From NCBI GenBank assembly GCA_035288565.1, contig DATDZZ010000052.1:1-57616 (forward strand): a DNA stretch of 57,616 bases, written 5' to 3'. How positions within the stretch are numbered: the first letter of the stretch is position 1; each line of letters begins with the position of its first letter. This DNA is from an archaeon. Its GTDB lineage: Archaea; Iainarchaeota; Iainarchaeia; Iainarchaeales; DATDZZ01. The translations under genes were made by a program, and so were the position numbers. Below the pieces are notes generated by a model. That model was given only the letters and a program-made list of their open reading frames with translations, was not told the DNA's origin and did not search any database. Of the stretch, positions 53,281 through 57,616 are shown piece after piece.

Positions 53281-53302
53281 TAAAGGAATTTTCATTCCTT
53301 TA
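53281..53302. terminator. 9-bp perfect hairpin between convergent genes, flanked by T/A runs
   Basis: taaaggaat-tttc-attccttta, preceded by tttttttaaaaaaaaa. Overlaps the stop codon of the 53300..53710 gene. Confidence 0.3.
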
Positions 53303-53710
53303 AAGCCATGCTGCAAGGATTGCGCCCATTACTGCAAAGGACACTAATTGATGTGCAGCGTTCAACAGGAATAATTCGTTTGATTTTTTTTCCCATAGAA
53401 CTGCTCCGTACTGAGTTGTTGCTACAAATCCAAGCCAAACCCAGAATCCTGCAGTAGCTCCTTCAACATAAGTTGCAGCTCCCCACAATTGCACTACATA
53501 TGCTAGAACGTATGCAGAAACAAGTGTAGCAATGAATGCAAGAAGCATCATTTGCCCCATTCCTTCCTTTTTCTTGCCTGCAACCTTCATTCCAGATAAT
53601 TTCACCCATTTAGTTCCCATAACACTTGGATGAAACCAAATGAAACCAATTATCATTGATGCAACTGATGCTGCAACAACTGCCGTGTAGTTTACGTCAA
53701 AGAAAACCAT
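53300..53710 (-). CDS. DUF1761-family membrane protein
   Basis: N-terminus VNYTAVVAASVASMIIGFIWFHPSVMGTKWVKLSG fits the DUF1761 pattern. 4 TM. Confidence 0.65.
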   Translation of the reverse strand: MVFFDVNYTAVVAASVASMIIGFIWFHPSVMGTKWVKLSGMKVAGKKKEGMGQMMLLAFIATLVSAYVLAYVVQLWGAATYVEGATAGFWVWLGFVATTQYGAVLWEKKSNELFLLNAAHQLVSFAVMGAILAAWL

Positions 53711-53833
53711 TTTCTCCCTCCTCCTTTAAAGTTAAATAATTGCTAAAGCAATCAGCAAAAAGCTGTTTATATTTTTAACCTTCAGCACTTAAACATAAAA
53801 AAGCTTAAAAATATCAAAAATAATTAAACTTCA

Positions 53834-54196
53834 ATGGCTTTAGAAGATTTGATTATTGCTTCCGAGTTTTGGATCAATGTTCTTGTTTATTTAGCAATAG
53901 CAGTTAACTTATTCAAAGCAAAGGGAAACAAAAAATTTCATTTCATTGTAGTTGTCATTGGGTTTTTTGCAATAAATTATTTCATTCAAAACTTTTTTCT
54001 TGCATCAGCTTTGCTTGCTGCGTGGTTTGTGTTTGAAGGAATGGAGTCGCTGGTATCAAAGCAGTTAATGGTTTTAATGATTGCAGTAATGATTGTAATA
54101 AGCCCTTCAAGTCCTTACTTTTACTTAATTGCATTAATGCTTTACCTAATAACAATCTTTGACTTTCTGTATCATGCACTAAAAAAAATCAGCTAA
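53834..54196 (+). CDS. hypothetical membrane protein (4 TM)
   Basis: Hydrophobic 120-aa ORF. No family recognised. Confidence 0.45.
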   Translation: MALEDLIIASEFWINVLVYLAIAVNLFKAKGNKKFHFIVVVIGFFAINYFIQNFFLASALLAAWFVFEGMESLVSKQLMVLMIAVMIVISPSSPYFYLIALMLYLITIFDFLYHALKKIS

Positions 54197-54214
54197 ATAA
54201 TTTAAAACAGGAAA

Positions 54215-54838
54215 TCAAACTTTGATTTTTTTCTTTGAAAACAATCCAAGAACTATGGTTAAAGCTCTTAAAAATAAAATTAGTAAAATGAAGGAAATTG
54301 CTATCTGGCCAGTGATTCTTGTCAGGAAAACGCCGTTTTCAAGCAAAGCCACGTGGAATGCCACAAAAAGTATTGCTAAATAGCCAAGCCTCTGCAAGTT
54401 TTTCCAGTTTTCATAACCCAAAGAACTCATCCATTTCTGAGTTGAAGTTAAAGCCATTAACGTGAAAATCATGAAAGCGATTCCAGCAAAAGCTAAACTG
54501 GAAAGATCAGATAAATTAACTTCAGTTTTACTGCTTACAGTAATAAAAACTACAAGCAAAGTGTGCAGTGCAGCTAACCCGAATCCAATTAATCCAAAAG
54601 GCTTTCTGTACCATAAAAATTTGTCGAAGAAAATAAAGAATTTAGCTAATGGGCCGAGAATAAAAGAAAACCCTAAAATGAAAAGAGAAGAAAAAGCAAT
54701 TACTGCATTAGCAGTTGAAAGCAGGCCAGCCCTTAAATGAAGCTGCACAGCAAAAAAATAATAAAAGGCAAGAACTGCAATTGCAATTAATGAATAAAGA
54801 TAAGGCTCAAATTTTCTCATGCATTTTTCCCCATACAT
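54215..54838 (-). CDS. ferric-reductase-like / MsrQ-like transmembrane protein
   Basis: Six TM with conserved-looking His residues (LHLRAG, AALHTLLV, VAFHVALL). RKPFGLIGF motif. Confidence 0.5.
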   Translation of the reverse strand: MYGEKCMRKFEPYLYSLIAIAVLAFYYFFAVQLHLRAGLLSTANAVIAFSSLFILGFSFILGPLAKFFIFFDKFLWYRKPFGLIGFGLAALHTLLVVFITVSSKTEVNLSDLSSLAFAGIAFMIFTLMALTSTQKWMSSLGYENWKNLQRLGYLAILFVAFHVALLENGVFLTRITGQIAISFILLILFLRALTIVLGLFSKKKIKV

Positions 54839-54863
54839 TTAATCAATGCTTTTTCTGCTATTT

Positions 54864-54880
54864 ATTTCTATCATAGAAAT
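54864..54880. promoter_or_regulatory. perfect 8+1+8 palindrome in a divergent promoter region (candidate operator)
   Basis: ATTTCTAT-C-ATAGAAAT lies between the 54838 (-) and 54999 (+) starts. The (+) gene encodes a winged-helix protein. Confidence 0.35.
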
Positions 54881-54998
54881 GTTTTCTATAATAAATAAAT
54901 TAAATAAATTAAAAAGAAAAGAGAAGAAGTGAAAAAAGGAATTTTTTTTCAAAACATGTTCTAACCATGAAGTAAATGAATAAAGCGAATAAATTCAA

Positions 54999-55541
54999 AT
55001 GCTTACGCTTAAATATCTTTTTAGACAAGAAAATTCTATGAATTACCCTTTAAATAAAAAAATTTTGTTAGGAATTTTAATTGTTGTAAGTTTTTTGTTC
55101 ATTGTATTCAATGTTTCGCAGTACATCAGCTTTGCAGGCACTGACCAAATTTGCGACGTGCAGGGCTTCTGCCCGCATGAAACTCAATTGAATTTCATTA
55201 AATCAGCAGTTCCTTTGCTTGCAGCTGTTTCAGTGTTAATTGGAGCAGGAGTTTATTATTTTATGAGCTCAAAAGTTGAAGTAAAAGAAAAATCTTTAAA
55301 GAAAAATACTGATGTTTTTTTGAGATTTTTAAGTCCTGATGAAAAAAAGGTGGTGGATAAATTAATTGAAGGCCATGGAAAAGTTCTTCAAGCTGAACTA
55401 ACAAGGCTTCCTGGATTGAATAAAGTGAAAAGCCACAGAATTGTTCAGAAGCTTATTGACAGGGGAGTAATTAAAATAGAAAAACTAGGAAAAACAAATG
55501 TAGTTGAATTTCCTCAAGAAATAAAGGAAGGAATGCTTTAA
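54999..55541 (+). CDS. membrane-anchored winged-helix (MarR/TrmB-like) transcriptional regulator
   Basis: Two TM, then LSPDEKKVVDKLIEGHGKVLQAELTRLPGLNKVKSHRIVQKLIDRGVIKIEKLGKTNVV (wHTH). The likely start is the MNYPL Met at 55038. Confidence 0.6.
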   Translation: MLTLKYLFRQENSMNYPLNKKILLGILIVVSFLFIVFNVSQYISFAGTDQICDVQGFCPHETQLNFIKSAVPLLAAVSVLIGAGVYYFMSSKVEVKEKSLKKNTDVFLRFLSPDEKKVVDKLIEGHGKVLQAELTRLPGLNKVKSHRIVQKLIDRGVIKIEKLGKTNVVEFPQEIKEGML

Positions 55542-55632
55542 AGCTTTAAATACTGCAGGCAATGTTTTCATTTAAAATAGCTTCCAATGTATTAATCATT
55601 TAATTTAATTCATTTTTTTGGGGGGATGAATC

Positions 55633-56343
55633 TTGAAGTTGAATGACTATTTGAATGCAAAAGGAATTTTTTTTATTGCATTATTTACAGTATTAACATA
55701 TGTTGGAATGGGAATTAATTTCTCTAAATTAGTTGGAGCAGAAAACCAGTTTTTTACATTGTTTCAATTCTTCGGGCCGATAGCAGGAAGCTTTTTGGGC
55801 CCGATTGCAGGGGCAGTCACAGTTTTATTTGCACAGGTAATCAATTTTGTTTTAACAGGAAAACAAGTTGAATTAATTAACCTGCTTAGATTAACTCCAA
55901 TGATTTTTGCGGCAATTTACTTCGGAATGAAAAAAGATCAATTGAAGGCAAGTGCAGTAATTCCAATTCTTGCAATGGCTGCTTTTGTATTGCACCCAGT
56001 TGGACAGCAAGTGTGGTTCTTCAGCTTGTATTGGGCTATTCCAGTCTTGGCAAGAATTTTCTTAAGCAATAACTTGTTTGTTAAAAGCTTGGGGGCAACT
56101 TTCACTGCACATGCAGTCGGAGGAGCTATATGGATCTGGACAATTCCAATGACTGCAGAAGCATGGATTGCATTAATTCCTGTAGTGTTTGTTGAAAGAA
56201 TTGCATTTGCATTTGGAATAAGTGCAAGCTACATTGCAATGAACTTAGTATTAAATGCATTTGAATCAAAAATTCCAGGCAAACTGGTTTCATTGGACAA
56301 AAACTATTCATGGAAAAATGTTGTGTCAGTAAAAGCACAATGA
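55633..56343 (+). CDS. hypothetical polytopic membrane protein
   Basis: Six or seven TM. TTG start after GGGGGATGA. No confident family. Confidence 0.45.
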   Translation: MKLNDYLNAKGIFFIALFTVLTYVGMGINFSKLVGAENQFFTLFQFFGPIAGSFLGPIAGAVTVLFAQVINFVLTGKQVELINLLRLTPMIFAAIYFGMKKDQLKASAVIPILAMAAFVLHPVGQQVWFFSLYWAIPVLARIFLSNNLFVKSLGATFTAHAVGGAIWIWTIPMTAEAWIALIPVVFVERIAFAFGISASYIAMNLVLNAFESKIPGKLVSLDKNYSWKNVVSVKAQ

Positions 56344-56408
56344 ATTTCCATTCTTTTTCTTTTTTATTTATTTAAGTTTTTTTGCTAAATTCTTTTTATT
56401 TAGTTTTC

Positions 56409-57616
56409 TTAATAATTTTCAGAAAGTTTTCGTAATTCTCTTATTTTTGCATTTGAAGATTCAATGATTGACAAAATTTCAATGAACGCAGAATCAGGGA
56501 TTTCATTTACATTTGATACTCTGCCCAAATAAATTTTGTAACCTGAATTAATTTTGCTTCTAAGCTCCTCGTTTTTTTCTCTTATTTCTTTAATAGTTTT
56601 TTTCGAAATAAAAGGGTATTCTTCATGAAGCAATAAAATGCTTTGCTCTAAAACAAGAAATGATTCTTTTACTTCATTTAAAATTTCCTTGTGTTGAACA
56701 GGGTTTTGCGTTACATACTTTATTGTTATTTCCCCCATGCTTCTTGCCCAGTCACTCAGCCTTTCAATTTCATTAGACATTCTTGTCAATAAAATTAATT
56801 TTCTTGCCTCTTCCTCAGCTATCTCTTTTTTTGAAAGCTCAAAGATTGCTTTTTCAATTCTTTCATTCAGGTAATCCGCCAAATTTTCCAGTTTTGATAT
56901 CTGCTGAAACTCGCCTAATTTTTTTAATTCAAGAATTTCCATTCCTTTTTTGAATAAATCCAGGCTTTTCTCCAATGCATACTGCAATTCTTTTTCAATT
57001 AACGAGAAGCTTTTTTTAATGCTGTCTGGAAGTTTTTTCTCTAAAAATTTTGTCTGGAAAAGAATCTCTTCTTCTTCTCCTTTAACAAAAAATTCAATTA
57101 CGGCCTTGAATTGAGTGATGAAAATCAAAAAAATTAATGCAATGAATAAATTGAAAAATAAATGAAAATTTGCTATCTGCTGTGCTTCGCTTCCTCCAAT
57201 GCTTAAAATAAATGATTGAAAGTAATTCAAAAAAGGAAGAATAATTATTACTCCTCCAAAATTAAAAATTAAATGCGCGAAAGCGGCTCTTTTAGCGTGA
57301 AGACTCATTCTATATGAACTTAAAAGTGCAGTGAAAGTTGTTCCAATGTTTGCCCCTAAAAGCAAAGGAATTCCTTGGTAAAAGGAAATCAGCCCGGCCT
57401 GAGACAAAACAATAACTATTCCTGAAGTAACAGAACTTGAATGAACCACTGCAGAAAAAATTACTCCAAGCAAAAAAAGCAATGGAAGAAACTGTATTCC
57501 TGAAATCAATGAAGTTATTTCAGGATTATCCTTAAACGGAGCAACTGTTGCTGAAATAAGATTCAAACTGAAAAAAACCAGGCCAAAATAAAAAATTGGT
57601 TTTCCAAAAAAACTGA
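56409..57616 (-). CDS. Na/Pi cotransporter family protein with a PhoU-like C-terminal domain, 5'-partial (runs off the window)
   Basis: HSSSVTSG and GANIGTTFTA motifs. The frame stays open from 57566 to the window end. The C-terminal helical repeats resemble PhoU. Confidence 0.8.
   Translation of the reverse strand, partial: SFFGKPIFYFGLVFFSLNLISATVAPFKDNPEITSLISGIQFLPLLFLLGVIFSAVVHSSSVTSGIVIVLSQAGLISFYQGIPLLLGANIGTTFTALLSSYRMSLHAKRAAFAHLIFNFGGVIIILPFLNYFQSFILSIGGSEAQQIANFHLFFNLFIALIFLIFITQFKAVIEFFVKGEEEEILFQTKFLEKKLPDSIKKSFSLIEKELQYALEKSLDLFKKGMEILELKKLGEFQQISKLENLADYLNERIEKAIFELSKKEIAEEEARKLILLTRMSNEIERLSDWARSMGEITIKYVTQNPVQHKEILNEVKESFLVLEQSILLLHEEYPFISKKTIKEIREKNEELRSKINSGYKIYLGRVSNVNEIPDSAFIEILSIIESSNAKIRELRKLSENY

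Noticed and set aside
1-57616. Mobile elements, prophage, defence islands or toxin-antitoxin pairs
   Set aside because: No integrase, transposase, terminal inverted repeats flanking a cargo, restriction-modification, cas or recognisable toxin/antitoxin motifs were seen in any supplied translation. The tRNA cluster shows no adjacent direct-repeat att-like duplication of a tRNA 3' end.

Overview
AT-rich (about one-third G+C or less by eye) archaeal chromosomal segment, densely packed with about 70 protein genes on both strands and three tRNAs. Archaeal identity rests on TFB, an HMf-type histone, Hef helicase/nuclease, ribosomal protein S8e, Cgi121, split transketolase, a class III (pilin-type) signal peptide, archaeal-type TyrRS and RibL. 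The form III RuBisCO, small gene sizes and many orphan basic proteins resemble DPANN-type (Woese-/Pacearchaeota-like) genomes, but that placement is inference only. Recognisable blocks: (i) information processing and repair: tfb, rps8e, cgi121, hef, histone, cmk, ogt, ogg, udg, xth, cysS, tyrS; (ii) form III RuBisCO followed by a complete non-oxidative pentose-phosphate cluster (tal, tkt-N, tkt-C, rpiB, rpe); (iii) an island of four RimK/LysX-type ATP-grasp paralogues, an MscS-channel::papain-like peptidase fusion and an FGase-family hydrolase, with a LysW-like zinc-ribbon protein 2.3 kb away. This is my best candidate for an undescribed system; (iv) a tRNA-Ser/Leu/Gly cluster with a hairpin-laden spacer, next to a ~160-nt element of ~58% G+C that looks like a structured RNA; (v) an eight-gene aromatic amino-acid operon with bacterial-style fusions (aroK-aroB, aroD-aroE), preceded by a Tyr/Phe-rich mini-ORF and oligo-T tracts; (vi) a block of small membrane proteins ending in a 5'-truncated Na/Pi cotransporter gene. 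I found no CRISPR array, cas genes, integrase, transposase or rRNA. Many starts are TTG/GTG or ATG preceded by GGTGA/GGAGG-type Shine-Dalgarno motifs. All protein calls come from motif recognition by eye on the supplied translations; no database search was run.
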